Shown here piece by piece: positions 20,962-31,245 of a DNA stretch of 64,000 nt (the first letter of the stretch is position 1; every line of letters starts with the position of its first letter). The notes under the pieces were generated by a model. The model saw nothing but the letters and a program-made list of their open reading frames with translations. It had not been told where the DNA came from and did no database searches. Source of the DNA: Dehalococcoidia bacterium (GTDB taxonomy: Bacteria; Chloroflexota; Dehalococcoidia; Lucifugimonadales; UBA3495); the NCBI GenBank assembly GCA_965199995.1, contig OZ241328.1, forward strand, positions 2,729,504 through 2,793,503, read 5' to 3'. A program made the translations under genes and the position numbers.

Positions 20962-23892
20962 TTACGTCATCTGGCGCTGAACCAGTTCCCGGAAAGGCCC
21001 TTCGACGGCATAGAGTTCATCAAAGCTCCCCTGCTGGACAACCCGCCCGGCATCCAGCACATAGATGCGCCCGGCTTTGCGGATGGTAGAGAGGCGGTGG
21101 GCAATCACGATGCGGGTGGCCGACAGGCTTTCGATGCCGCTCATAACCTGCGCTTGGCTCCTGGCGTCGAGCCAGCTAGTGGCCTCATCCAAGAAAACAA
21201 TACTTGGGTTTCGCACCAGTGCCGCCGCGATTCTGATGCGCTGAACCTGCCCCCCTGAAAAGGTCGATGCGTTATCGCTGACCACCGTGAACATCTCCAT
21301 GGGCATCTCGGCGATGTCTTGGTCCACGTCCGCCAGGCGCGCAGCCTTCCAGGCGTCTTCAATGTCCAGGTCGCCCCCCATACCGATAATGCTGTCGAGG
21401 ATGCTCCCAGGCAACAAAGTTCCGTCCTGCATCACGACGCCAATCTGTCGCCGTACCGAGCGTCGGTCCAAGTTGGCCATATCCCTTCCGTCGTAGTAGA
21501 TGCTGCCCGAGACCGGATCTTCGAGTCCCAACGCCAAGCGCATAAGGGTGCTCTTGCCCGCGCCCGACTCGCCGATGATGGCGATGAACTCCCCCGGTTC
21601 GGCGTGAATTGATACATCGCTGATAATCTGCGGGCCGTCCTCGGTATAGCGGAAGCTAACGCGGTCGAAGCGAATCCTCCTGTTCAGTTGGACAGAATCG
21701 CCCTCCTCCGTCCGGCTCTCGGGAATAGCATCCAGGATGGGCTTCACCTGCTCATAGCTGGGGAGAAGGGCGGCCACAACCTGGAAAGAGTGTCCCAGCC
21801 CGGTAATCGCTGCGTAGAAGGTCATCGAGACGGCGTAAATCGCCAGGAAATCGCCCACCGAGATTTCGCTGGAGTTGCGGAGAAGCATGGCGGCGAAAAG
21901 GGCGGCACCCACCAGGACGGGCAAAGCGGCGCTGAAAGAAATGAGGTGTTCGTTCAAACGGGACACCGCTATTCCGTGGACGTGCTGCTCGCGGTAGTTC
22001 CGGGCCCAGGCGGCGAAGGCTGAAGCCTCGGACCCGGTGGCGCGGAGCTTGCTCATACCGTTGATGAACTGGAACAGCTCCCCCGTAAGGCGCCGCGACA
22101 CCTCATACCGGCGCCTCTGCGGGGCCAGTTGCAGAACCCCGATAACGGCGGTGAATGCCAACGCAAATAAGGCAATAGTGAGACTAACTAGGGCCAGAGC
22201 GGCATCATATACAAACAATATTGCCATAGTAGGCAAGAGAAAGACTAAAGACAGCAGGGCATTAGCCACCACCCCGGAAATCTGGTCCCGGATAACCTGG
22301 AAGACCACCATCCGCACGGCAATATCGCCGGCGGTGTAGTTCCTGAAGAAGTTGGAGGGAAGCCTTAGCAAGCGGTCCCAGGAGGCCGCCGCCAGTCGCG
22401 TCGCGCCCCGGCCCTCCAGCCGCATCATCGCCGTTCCCTGAAATATCTGGAGCAGAACCCCCACGGCGGCAAAGGCGGCCAGAGCGATGATAACCTGAAC
22501 CAGCATACCGCCCGCAGCCACCGGCAAAACCCGGTCGGCCAGTATGCCCACGGCGATGGCCGGAACCTGAACCAACAGGCTCGCCAGAAGCCCGGCCAGG
22601 ATGAAAAGGCCCAGATCCGTCTTTACCCCCACGGCGGCTAAACGGATGAGATGCTTTACCGATGCCGGGCTGTTTTCGGGCAGGGGCGCGTAGAACATCC
22701 AAGCTTCGGAGGCGATGTCTTGAGCGCGGGCGGCATCCACGCTGGCCGACTTCCCTGAAACCGGGTCTACTACCCGATAGCGGCCCCGCTTAGCGGGCAA
22801 TAGCGCCACCGGCTGCCCGCCCTCCTTCAGGAAGCCCAGCATGGCGCCGCTGTCGCCGAGCCACCACCGGTCTTCCGGCACCAGCCGCACCTTGCGCGAG
22901 CGAATCCCCGAAGCGGTCAGCACGCTCCGAAGAGTGGGGCTGCCGTCAGAGGAAGCGGGCCGCGGCGGCGCCCGGAAAACGATGCCTTCATGCTCGCCTA
23001 TCACGTTCAGGGCCAGCATCAGGGGCGGGGCGTCCGCCCTCTCCCGGGAGCGCCGGGAACCCAGAACGGTAAACAGTCTCTCGCGGGCGTGCTCCTCGTC
23101 CCGCCGGCGGTGGGTAGTCCGGGCAGTTACCTCATTCATCTCGTCGGCCAGCGACAAGAGACTGTTAAGCTGTTCCGCTCCGAGGGCCAACCCGTGAAAC
23201 TCGTCCAGAGCCTGGAGCAGCTTGCCTTCGCGTTGCAGGTCTGCCGAAAAAACTCCCTGCACCCGAGTGGCCCGAGAAAAAGTGGCCCAGGTATCCGAAG
23301 TAACCGGAACCAGACCCGTGCCGTCCGGAACCGTTTCCTCCGTGCCCAGATAGGCAGAACTGCCATCTTCGGCGGAGACCCACAAAAGGACGCCGGGCCG
23401 CGTGGAGAGGATGCAGCCACTTTCGGCTTCCAGCGTTTCCCCGGCCATCTCCGGCTCAATCAGCATCGTAGGACGGAAATACAGCTCTATCTGCTCCGCT
23501 ACGCTGGTGGCGAACTCCGACACCCACCAGTCTACCTGGCCGCTCAGTTCTTCGCCCGCATCGCGCTGCCAGAGTTCTTCCAGCTTCAGGCGATAGAGCC
23601 TGGTTCCCGGCACCCCTTTGGCGATGGCCGCCAGCGGCTGGTTCCGGTGCCCGATTCCGAAGACGAGGCGGCCCGGCCCGGCCCGTATCATGTGCTTGGA
23701 TTTCGAGGCCGCGACCCCGTCCCGGTGCTCAAAGAGAAATACGTCGAGGGCGCCTTCCTCGATATACCAGGCCACGCCCGGGTCGTCCAGGCGGATGGGC
23801 AGGTTAGCGCCCCCGGCGAAGGGTTCGCCTATCTCTGGCGCAGTTTCGGCTAACCGCGAGGGCCAGGTCAGGCTTTTTTCTGGCGCCGTCAT
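20962..23892 (-). CDS. Bacteriocin-type ABC exporter, second subunit, with a Cys-less C39-like domain and N-terminal beta-barrel (cNMP-binding-like) repeats
   Basis: 976 aa. C-terminal ABC ATPase has GESGAGKST, LSGGQ-type FSGGQVQR and FLDEATS. A six-TM exporter domain is present. The central region (...LALNVIGEHEGIVF...DRWWLGDSGAMLGFL...) resembles a C39 fold lacking the catalytic Cys. The cNMP-like assignment of residues 1-270 is tentative. Confidence 0.85.
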   Translation of the reverse strand: MTAPEKSLTWPSRLAETAPEIGEPFAGGANLPIRLDDPGVAWYIEEGALDVFLFEHRDGVAASKSKHMIRAGPGRLVFGIGHRNQPLAAIAKGVPGTRLYRLKLEELWQRDAGEELSGQVDWWVSEFATSVAEQIELYFRPTMLIEPEMAGETLEAESGCILSTRPGVLLWVSAEDGSSAYLGTEETVPDGTGLVPVTSDTWATFSRATRVQGVFSADLQREGKLLQALDEFHGLALGAEQLNSLLSLADEMNEVTARTTHRRRDEEHARERLFTVLGSRRSRERADAPPLMLALNVIGEHEGIVFRAPPRPASSDGSPTLRSVLTASGIRSRKVRLVPEDRWWLGDSGAMLGFLKEGGQPVALLPAKRGRYRVVDPVSGKSASVDAARAQDIASEAWMFYAPLPENSPASVKHLIRLAAVGVKTDLGLFILAGLLASLLVQVPAIAVGILADRVLPVAAGGMLVQVIIALAAFAAVGVLLQIFQGTAMMRLEGRGATRLAAASWDRLLRLPSNFFRNYTAGDIAVRMVVFQVIRDQISGVVANALLSLVFLLPTMAILFVYDAALALVSLTIALFALAFTAVIGVLQLAPQRRRYEVSRRLTGELFQFINGMSKLRATGSEASAFAAWARNYREQHVHGIAVSRLNEHLISFSAALPVLVGAALFAAMLLRNSSEISVGDFLAIYAVSMTFYAAITGLGHSFQVVAALLPSYEQVKPILDAIPESRTEEGDSVQLNRRIRFDRVSFRYTEDGPQIISDVSIHAEPGEFIAIIGESGAGKSTLMRLALGLEDPVSGSIYYDGRDMANLDRRSVRRQIGVVMQDGTLLPGSILDSIIGMGGDLDIEDAWKAARLADVDQDIAEMPMEMFTVVSDNASTFSGGQVQRIRIAAALVRNPSIVFLDEATSWLDARSQAQVMSGIESLSATRIVIAHRLSTIRKAGRIYVLDAGRVVQQGSFDELYAVEGPFRELVQRQMT

Positions 23893-23919
23893 ATCTCAGC
23901 TCAATTCAACAGCCTGATT

Positions 23920-26115
23920 TCAGTTGGCCTGAATAAGCTGGTAGTATAACCCCTGCTCATCGGCGATAAGCTCTTCGTGAGAGCCGCGCTGAACCGGACG
24001 CCCCCGCTCCATAACGATAATCTGGTCGCAGTCCCGTATGGTGCTGAGGCGGTGGGCGACGATAAGACAAGTGCAGCCCCGCCGGCGCAGAGCGTCATCA
24101 ATCTGCACTTCCGTCAAAGCGTCGAGGGTGCTGGTGGCCTCATCCAGGAACATGATGGAGGGATTATTGACCAGGGAGCGGGCAATTTCCAGACGCTGAC
24201 GCTCGCCGCCGCTGAAGTTGCGTCCCCCCTCCTCCACGCGAGAGTCGTAACCGGCGTTCCGGCTCATGATGGTATCGTGAATCAGGGCGTCCCGTGCGGC
24301 GTCCACCACTTGGCGCTCATGAACGGTCGGGTTCCACATAGTCAGGTTTTCGCGCACTGTGGCGTTGAACAGGAAAATGTGCTGATCCACCGTCGCCACC
24401 GAGCCGGTAATGACTTCCCGGGGTATCTGGTCCACCGGCGCGCCGTCGAACAGAATCTCGCCTGACCAGGGGGTGTATTCCCCGTTAACCACCCGGAGCA
24501 AAGTGGACTTGCCCGAACCCGTCGGCCCAATCAGGGCCACCCGCTGGCCGGGTTCAATGGTGAGGTTGAAGTTTTCTATCAGCGGCGGCCTGTTGGACTG
24601 GTAGCCGAAGGTAACGTTGCGCAGTTCGATATGTCCGGCGAGGCTCAGCCGTCCGTTCAGGGTTGCGGCCCCGCCGGACGGGGAGCCGGCATTGGCTTTC
24701 AGAGCCGGGGCTTCTTCCGCCGAGAGGACGTCGCTGATTCGTTGCAGGTCGGCCTCCAGAATTTGCAGCGAATCTGCGAAATACACGAAGCGGCCAATGG
24801 GAACGAGGAAGCTCCCGGTCAGCACATAGAATCCCATCAATGCGCCGAGGGTCAGGTCTCCTTCCATAACCCGCCATCCCCCGAAGCCTAGCACGGTCAT
24901 ACCACCCAAGAGCAGGAACAGCTTGGGCAAGGCATTGATAACATGGCTCAGCTCGATGAATTTCTGCCGGGCCAGAAGCTCCCGCGCCTGATAACCGGCC
25001 CACCGCACAAAAAAATCGTCCTCAGTGGCGGTGGCCCGCAAGGAGTCCATGCTGCGCAGACCGGAGGTTCCGGTGCTGAAGAGGAGCGCCTGCTCCCGCA
25101 GCATTTGCCGGTTTTCGTCGGTCCGCATCCGGCTGAAGATGCGCACCAATACTATGCTGAGAAGCCCAATAGCCGCCACCATCGCCGCCAGCAGCGGGTC
25201 GAACACGAACATCAGCCCCAAAAACAGGATGCTCACAAAGAGTTCAATTATGATGGCCGCCAACTGGCTGGAGGCCCCATTAGCAACCTGGTAGATAAGC
25301 TGAACCCGCGAAGTCAAGTCTCCCGCGTAGCGATGGGCGAAATACTGGGAAGGAAGCCGAAAGATGCGCCAGAGCATTTTCTCGGCGTTAACTACGGATA
25401 GCCGGATAGTGAGCTTTCTTAAAGTATATTGCTGTAACCAGGAAAGCAGGTAAACCAACACCCCGGCCGCGATGGCGGCACCCACCACAAACTTCCCCCA
25501 CTCCCGGTCTCCGCCGATGAGTATGCTGTCCACAAATATGCTCAGGAGGATGGGCAGCGCCAGCCCCGGCAGCGTAAGCAGAAGCCCCGCCGCCATGGCA
25601 TACGCCAGCGAGCTTAAGTCGCTGCGCAGCCAGGGCCAGAGTTCCCGGAAAACCGAGGGGGGCCGGCCGCCGGTCTCAAAATCAGGGCCGGGCTCCGCCA
25701 GCAGCACAATTCCGGTGAAAGCCTGGTCGAAAACTTCCGCGCTTACCGAACGGCGGCCGTTGGCGGGGTCGTTGAGATAAAAACGGTCCCGGCCCAAACC
25801 TTCAAGAATCACGAAGTGATTGAATTCCCAGAAAATAATCGCCGGCAGGGGGGTGTTTTCCAAGTCTTCAATCTGCTTGCGCCAGCCGGTGATGTGCAGT
25901 CCATATCGCTGCCCGGCCCGCAAGATGTCGGCTGCGCTGCTGCCGTCGCGGTTCACCCCGCAGGCCAGACGAAGCTCTTCAATCGGAACCCAGCGCCCGA
26001 AATAGGCCAGCAGAACACCCAAGCAAACCGCGCCACACTCGGTTGTCTCGAGCTGCGAGATAAGAGGGGTTCGGACACGCCTTCCAGCGAACCGTTTTAT
26101 GCCAACTCCCAACAT
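23920..26115 (-). CDS. Bacteriocin-type ABC exporter with an N-terminal C39 cysteine-peptidase domain
   Basis: 731 aa. C39 motif QLETTECGAVCLGVLL and the later FNHFVILEG His region. Six-TM domain. ATPase has GPTGSGKST, FSGGERQR and FLDEATS. Confidence 0.9.
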   Translation of the reverse strand: MLGVGIKRFAGRRVRTPLISQLETTECGAVCLGVLLAYFGRWVPIEELRLACGVNRDGSSAADILRAGQRYGLHITGWRKQIEDLENTPLPAIIFWEFNHFVILEGLGRDRFYLNDPANGRRSVSAEVFDQAFTGIVLLAEPGPDFETGGRPPSVFRELWPWLRSDLSSLAYAMAAGLLLTLPGLALPILLSIFVDSILIGGDREWGKFVVGAAIAAGVLVYLLSWLQQYTLRKLTIRLSVVNAEKMLWRIFRLPSQYFAHRYAGDLTSRVQLIYQVANGASSQLAAIIIELFVSILFLGLMFVFDPLLAAMVAAIGLLSIVLVRIFSRMRTDENRQMLREQALLFSTGTSGLRSMDSLRATATEDDFFVRWAGYQARELLARQKFIELSHVINALPKLFLLLGGMTVLGFGGWRVMEGDLTLGALMGFYVLTGSFLVPIGRFVYFADSLQILEADLQRISDVLSAEEAPALKANAGSPSGGAATLNGRLSLAGHIELRNVTFGYQSNRPPLIENFNLTIEPGQRVALIGPTGSGKSTLLRVVNGEYTPWSGEILFDGAPVDQIPREVITGSVATVDQHIFLFNATVRENLTMWNPTVHERQVVDAARDALIHDTIMSRNAGYDSRVEEGGRNFSGGERQRLEIARSLVNNPSIMFLDEATSTLDALTEVQIDDALRRRGCTCLIVAHRLSTIRDCDQIIVMERGRPVQRGSHEELIADEQGLYYQLIQAN

Positions 26116-26129
26116 AGTCCCAGACGGCT

Positions 26130-27026
26130 TCAGTTAACGCCCAGGGAGGTTATCAGACCCACCGGGCGCCCTTCTCCCAAGACAATTTGAAGGCTACACG
26201 GGGAGCCGCCGGTCAGGTGAGCCGGCGCGTCTGGCAAGGAAATGCGAACCAGATGGCTCTGCCCTGGCCCGTCGAGGCCCAAGACGGCCAGCCAGCCGGG
26301 CGCCGGGCCTGCCCGTTCCGCAATCTGAGTGACTGTTGCCTCCAGGGGCTGCGCCTCCCGTCCGGGCGATGACGCCACAACGCGGGCCTGCATACCGCCG
26401 GAGACTCGCCGGGCGTTCTCGGAATCCAGCAACGCCACGGCTTCCAATCCCGGCTGAGAGCCGGAGCGGATTACGGCAACCCCGTCTCCGGCGATAAGGC
26501 TTTGCCCGGGAACCAGCGTATGAGAGGCCAGCTCGCCCGAATAGGAGCTGACGATGAATTCGCCGGAAGCCTGAAGCGTTTCGATGCCGATTAGTTCGGC
26601 GCGAGCCGCAGCCAGCGCATCGGGGGACGTTCCCTCCATCTCTTCCAAGACGCTCAAGCGCGCGCGGGCAAGAGCCAAATCGCGGCTTAACTCCGGAACT
26701 CTAATCCGGGCTATAGCCTGACCCACCGCAACGGATTCGCCCGGCGAGGCTAGGACATCCATAACCTGGCCGCCGGATTCCGCAACCACCAAGTGCCGTT
26801 CGCCCGGCGACGCCAGCACGCACTGGACGGTGAAGCTCCGCTCGATGCTGCCAAAGATAACCCAAAGCACAGACCCCATCACCACAACTGCCAACCCGGC
26901 CAAAACCACCCACTCGTGCGGCGCGGTGACTCGCAACAGGCCATCCATAGGCTCCGCCTGTCCCTGACGGGAAAAGGCTGCTTCACGAAAGAGCGACCTG
27001 CGAGAAGACACTGTTTCCCGATTCAC
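26130..27026 (-). CDS. HlyD-family secretion adaptor of the peptide exporter
   Basis: 298 aa. N-terminus SLFREAAF...EPMDGLLRVT.PHEW followed by a single TM helix, then beta-barrel/lipoyl-like segments. GTG start is as in the track; the exact start is uncertain. Confidence 0.8.
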   Translation of the reverse strand: MNRETVSSRRSLFREAAFSRQGQAEPMDGLLRVTAPHEWVVLAGLAVVVMGSVLWVIFGSIERSFTVQCVLASPGERHLVVAESGGQVMDVLASPGESVAVGQAIARIRVPELSRDLALARARLSVLEEMEGTSPDALAAARAELIGIETLQASGEFIVSSYSGELASHTLVPGQSLIAGDGVAVIRSGSQPGLEAVALLDSENARRVSGGMQARVVASSPGREAQPLEATVTQIAERAGPAPGWLAVLGLDGPGQSHLVRISLPDAPAHLTGGSPCSLQIVLGEGRPVGLITSLGVN

Positions 27027-27171
27027 TCCATAAATACAGGTTTAAGGACATCACCGACAGTTACTGGTATTGCCGAATAACCTCGCGCATAACCCGGCAT
27101 TCCTGACAATCTTGCCCCCGCCCTTCCCTTCCCGCGAAGCTTGTCCTAATTAAAGCCGGAATTGGCGAAAT

Positions 27172-27221
27172 GACAAAAAGACTGAATGCCTTTCCCCAAT
27201 AGTATACGGAAAGGCATTCAG
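27172..27221 (-). terminator. Intrinsic terminator between the precursor peptide genes and the exporter genes
   Basis: On the minus strand there is a 14-bp perfect stem, ctgaatgcctttcc / ggaaaggcattcag (27182-27195 / 27208-27221). It has a 12-nt loop and is followed by TCTTTTTGT. Confidence 0.6.
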
Positions 27222-27296
27222 ATTTGCACGGGCTTTATTTTCATGAGGGGGCCGCTCATAGCAAGCGGCCTTTTTACTCCCCAAATTCTAGGAGGA

Positions 27297-27473
27297 TTAA
27301 CCCCTCATTATCCCCCTGGTCTCGGGCTTATTTGCATTGGCAGAGGATTCGTCATCAGAAGTCGAGCTGCCCCGCAATCCTCCGCCAGCGACATTCTCCA
27401 ACTCAGCGATGCTAAGCTGCCCTTCTTTCGATTCTTCGGCAGCCTGGGGTTCTACATTATCATTCTCAGCCAT
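27297..27473 (-). CDS. Double-glycine-leader precursor peptide 2 (58 aa, not in the ORF track)
   Basis: Hand translation gives MAENDNVEPQAAEESKEGQLSIAELENVAGGGLRGSSTSDDESSANANKPETRGIMRG*. The leader ends ELENVAGG. It is on the same strand as the C39 exporter and immediately upstream of it. Confidence 0.7.
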   Translation of the reverse strand: MAENDNVEPQAAEESKEGQLSIAELENVAGGGLRGSSTSDDESSANANKPETRGIMRG

Positions 27474-27520
27474 GATCTATTCTCATTCCGTAAAATTCTG
27501 CTACATCGAGGCTACGGGGG

Positions 27521-27697
27521 CTAGATGCTGTCCCTTGCGCTCTCCGATTGCATCTCGTTCTCGAGGTCGGAGATGACACTACTCGAGAACGGAGAGGACC
27601 ACCCACCAACGACTTCTTCCATCTCAGACGCCTCGAGCTGCCCGGTTTCCTCGCTTGCCTCCGCAGGGGTCTGCTGCTCTGTCTTCTTCTCCTCCAT
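27521..27697 (-). CDS. Double-glycine-leader precursor peptide 1 (58 aa, not in the ORF track)
   Basis: Hand translation gives MEEKKTEQQTPAEASEETGQLEASEMEEVVGGWSSPFSSSVISDLENEMQSESARDSI*. GGAGG lies 7 nt upstream of the ATG. The leader shares GQL-x3-E(L/M)E-x-V-x-GG with peptide 2. Confidence 0.72.
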   Translation of the reverse strand: MEEKKTEQQTPAEASEETGQLEASEMEEVVGGWSSPFSSSVISDLENEMQSESARDSI

Positions 27698-27816
27698 AAT
27701 ACCCCTCCATACTGCTCTATATCAATACCGTCGATACAGTTAATAGTATTCTGTAACACGATGCTACGGAATGTCAACTTCGGGACAATGGCATTTCGAG
27801 GCCGTTGAAAATACCC

Positions 27817-29277
<1,461 letters not shown>

Positions 29278-29319
29278 TTCTCAGCCCCACGCATTCATAT
29301 TTTTCAGGCTCCCGCGCAA

Positions 29320-30798
29320 CTACGCGGTCGCCAGCGCTGCCGCCAGTTGGTCAATTTCGTCCTTCGTGTTCATCTCGGTGACGCACAGCAATATCCCGTT
29401 GGGGTAGCGATCGCTCACGTCCAGCCCGCCCAGGATGTTCTGTTGCATCAACCGGCGGTTGATCTCGGCGGGCGGCGCCGGACACTGGGCCACGAACTCG
29501 CGGAAGAACGGGCCATTGTTGGCCACCGAGTAGCCAGGCAGCCCAGCTATTAGAGAGGCGGCGTACTGCGATTTCTGGTAGCACAGCTCCGCCACCTGCC
29601 GCAGGCCGGACTTGCCCAGCGCGGCGAGGTAGATGGTGGACGCCAAGGCGTACAACGCCTCGTTGGTGCAGATATTGGACGTGGCCCGCTCGCGCCGGAT
29701 GTGCTGCTCCCGCGTTTGCAGCGTTAGCACGTAGCCGGTCTCGCCATTGCGGTCCACGGTGCGGCCCGACAGCCGGCTGGGCATCTGGCGGATGTACTCC
29801 CCCTTGGTGGAGAACAGCCCTACGTAGGGCCCGCCATAGCTGGGAGGTATCCCCAGCGGCTGCCCCTCGCCGGTAACGATGTCGGCCCCATAGCGGCCGG
29901 GCGGCTGGAACATTCCCACGGCGATGGGGTCGCAGGACACCACCGCCAGCGCCCCCGCGCTGTGGGTCGCCTCCGCCAGCGCCCCCAAGTCCTCTATATC
30001 GCCGAAGAAGTTGGGGTATTGCATAATCAGGCAAGCAGTGCTGTCGTTCACGCCCGACGCAGCGTCGCTGACCGTCGCCACCTCCAGGTTCTGCGGGCGG
30101 CAGTAGGCTTCGATAACGGCCCGATAGGCCGGCGACACGGTGTCCAACACCGCCACTCGCTCGCGCCGAGTCACGCGGCAGGCCATCAACGCGGCCTCGG
30201 CCAGGCTGGTCGCCCCATCGTACATCCCGGCGTTGGCGACTTCCATGCCATACAGATTGCAGATCAGCGTCTGGAACTCGTAGATGACCTGCAAGGTGCC
30301 TTGACTGGCCTCGGCCTGATAAGGGGTGTAGGCGGTGATGAACTCGCCGCGGGTAACTAATGCCTTGACGATGGCCGGTATGAAGTGGTGGTATGAGCCG
30401 GCCCCTAGGAAAGACGGCCCGCTGCCCAGGGGACGGTTGCGCCCCGCCATCTCGCCCAACTCCCGCTGTATCTCCAGCTCGGGCATAGGGGCAGGCAGGC
30501 GCAGCGGGGGGTTGCGGTGTTCCGCCGGTATGTCAGAAAAGAGGCTGTCAATGGACGAGATGCCGAGGGACGCCAGCATTCCAGCCTGTTCATCCAGCGT
30601 GTTGGGAATATAGTGGGACTGGAAATACCCGTTCTCTCTACTGCTGTTCACTCCGCTACCATTGCTCCCGTCATTCCCGCTATGCGCGTCATCCAGGGGG
30701 TTCCCGCTGCTCCCGTCATTCCCGCCGCTCCCGTCATTCCCGCGAAAGCGGGAACCCGCGCCTTCACCTCTACCGTCGTTGACGGCAGCAGCGCTCAT
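29320..30798 (-). CDS. gcvPA: Glycine dehydrogenase (aminomethyl-transferring), subunit 1 (start ambiguous)
   Basis: The conserved body starts at ...HYIPNTLDEQAGMLASLGISSIDSLFSDIP. The ATG at 30798 overlaps the gcvH stop (TGATG) but adds 49 residues translated from palindromic repeat copies. An in-frame GTG at 30651 would give a conventional N-terminus. Confidence 0.88.
   Translation of the reverse strand: MSAAAVNDGRGEGAGSRFRGNDGSGGNDGSSGNPLDDAHSGNDGSNGSGVNSSRENGYFQSHYIPNTLDEQAGMLASLGISSIDSLFSDIPAEHRNPPLRLPAPMPELEIQRELGEMAGRNRPLGSGPSFLGAGSYHHFIPAIVKALVTRGEFITAYTPYQAEASQGTLQVIYEFQTLICNLYGMEVANAGMYDGATSLAEAALMACRVTRRERVAVLDTVSPAYRAVIEAYCRPQNLEVATVSDAASGVNDSTACLIMQYPNFFGDIEDLGALAEATHSAGALAVVSCDPIAVGMFQPPGRYGADIVTGEGQPLGIPPSYGGPYVGLFSTKGEYIRQMPSRLSGRTVDRNGETGYVLTLQTREQHIRRERATSNICTNEALYALASTIYLAALGKSGLRQVAELCYQKSQYAASLIAGLPGYSVANNGPFFREFVAQCPAPPAEINRRLMQQNILGGLDVSDRYPNGILLCVTEMNTKDEIDQLAAALATA
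30668..30757. repeat. Three partial or complete copies of the dispersed palindromic repeat inside the gcvH-gcvPA junction
   Basis: cccgtcattcccgc occurs at 30668 and 30712. cccgtcattcccgcgaaagcgggaaccc lies at 30730-30757. Confidence 0.8.
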
Positions 30799-31208
30799 CA
30801 GTGCAACCTGGCGATGTATGCGTCATAGTCTTCCGCCGACATCAGGGAATCCAGCTCCGACGGCTCGGCCATGGTGACCCGCAGCAGCCAGCCGGCTCCG
30901 AAGGGGTCGGTGTTGGTAAGCTCCGGCTGGTCAGCCAGTACCCCGTTGACTTCGATGACCTCGCCGCTCACCGGCGAGAATAGGTCGGATACGGCCTTCA
31001 CCGATTCCACCTCTCCCATCTTGCTCAGGTGAGCAAGCGAGTCTCCCACCTTGGGCAACTCGAAGTATACGATGTCGCCCAACTCGGATTGGGCGTAGTC
31101 GGTGATGCCTACCATCGCCCGGCGGGCATCGGCATCTTCTACGATAACCCATTCATGTTCTTGGGTGTAACTGCGGTCTGACGGGCTCAAGCGGTCCTCC
31201 GGTTCCAT
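30798..31208 (-). CDS. gcvH: Glycine cleavage system H protein
   Basis: The ATG at 31208 gives MEPEDRLSPSDRSYTQEHEWV. Lipoyl-lysine motif ESVKAVSD. The track's GTG at 31232 would add 8 residues. Confidence 0.9.
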   Translation of the reverse strand: MEPEDRLSPSDRSYTQEHEWVIVEDADARRAMVGITDYAQSELGDIVYFELPKVGDSLAHLSKMGEVESVKAVSDLFSPVSGEVIEVNGVLADQPELTNTDPFGAGWLLRVTMAEPSELDSLMSAEDYDAYIARLH

Positions 31209-31245
31209 TCTAATGCAGATTGAAAAAGCCACGTACCGGCATAGG

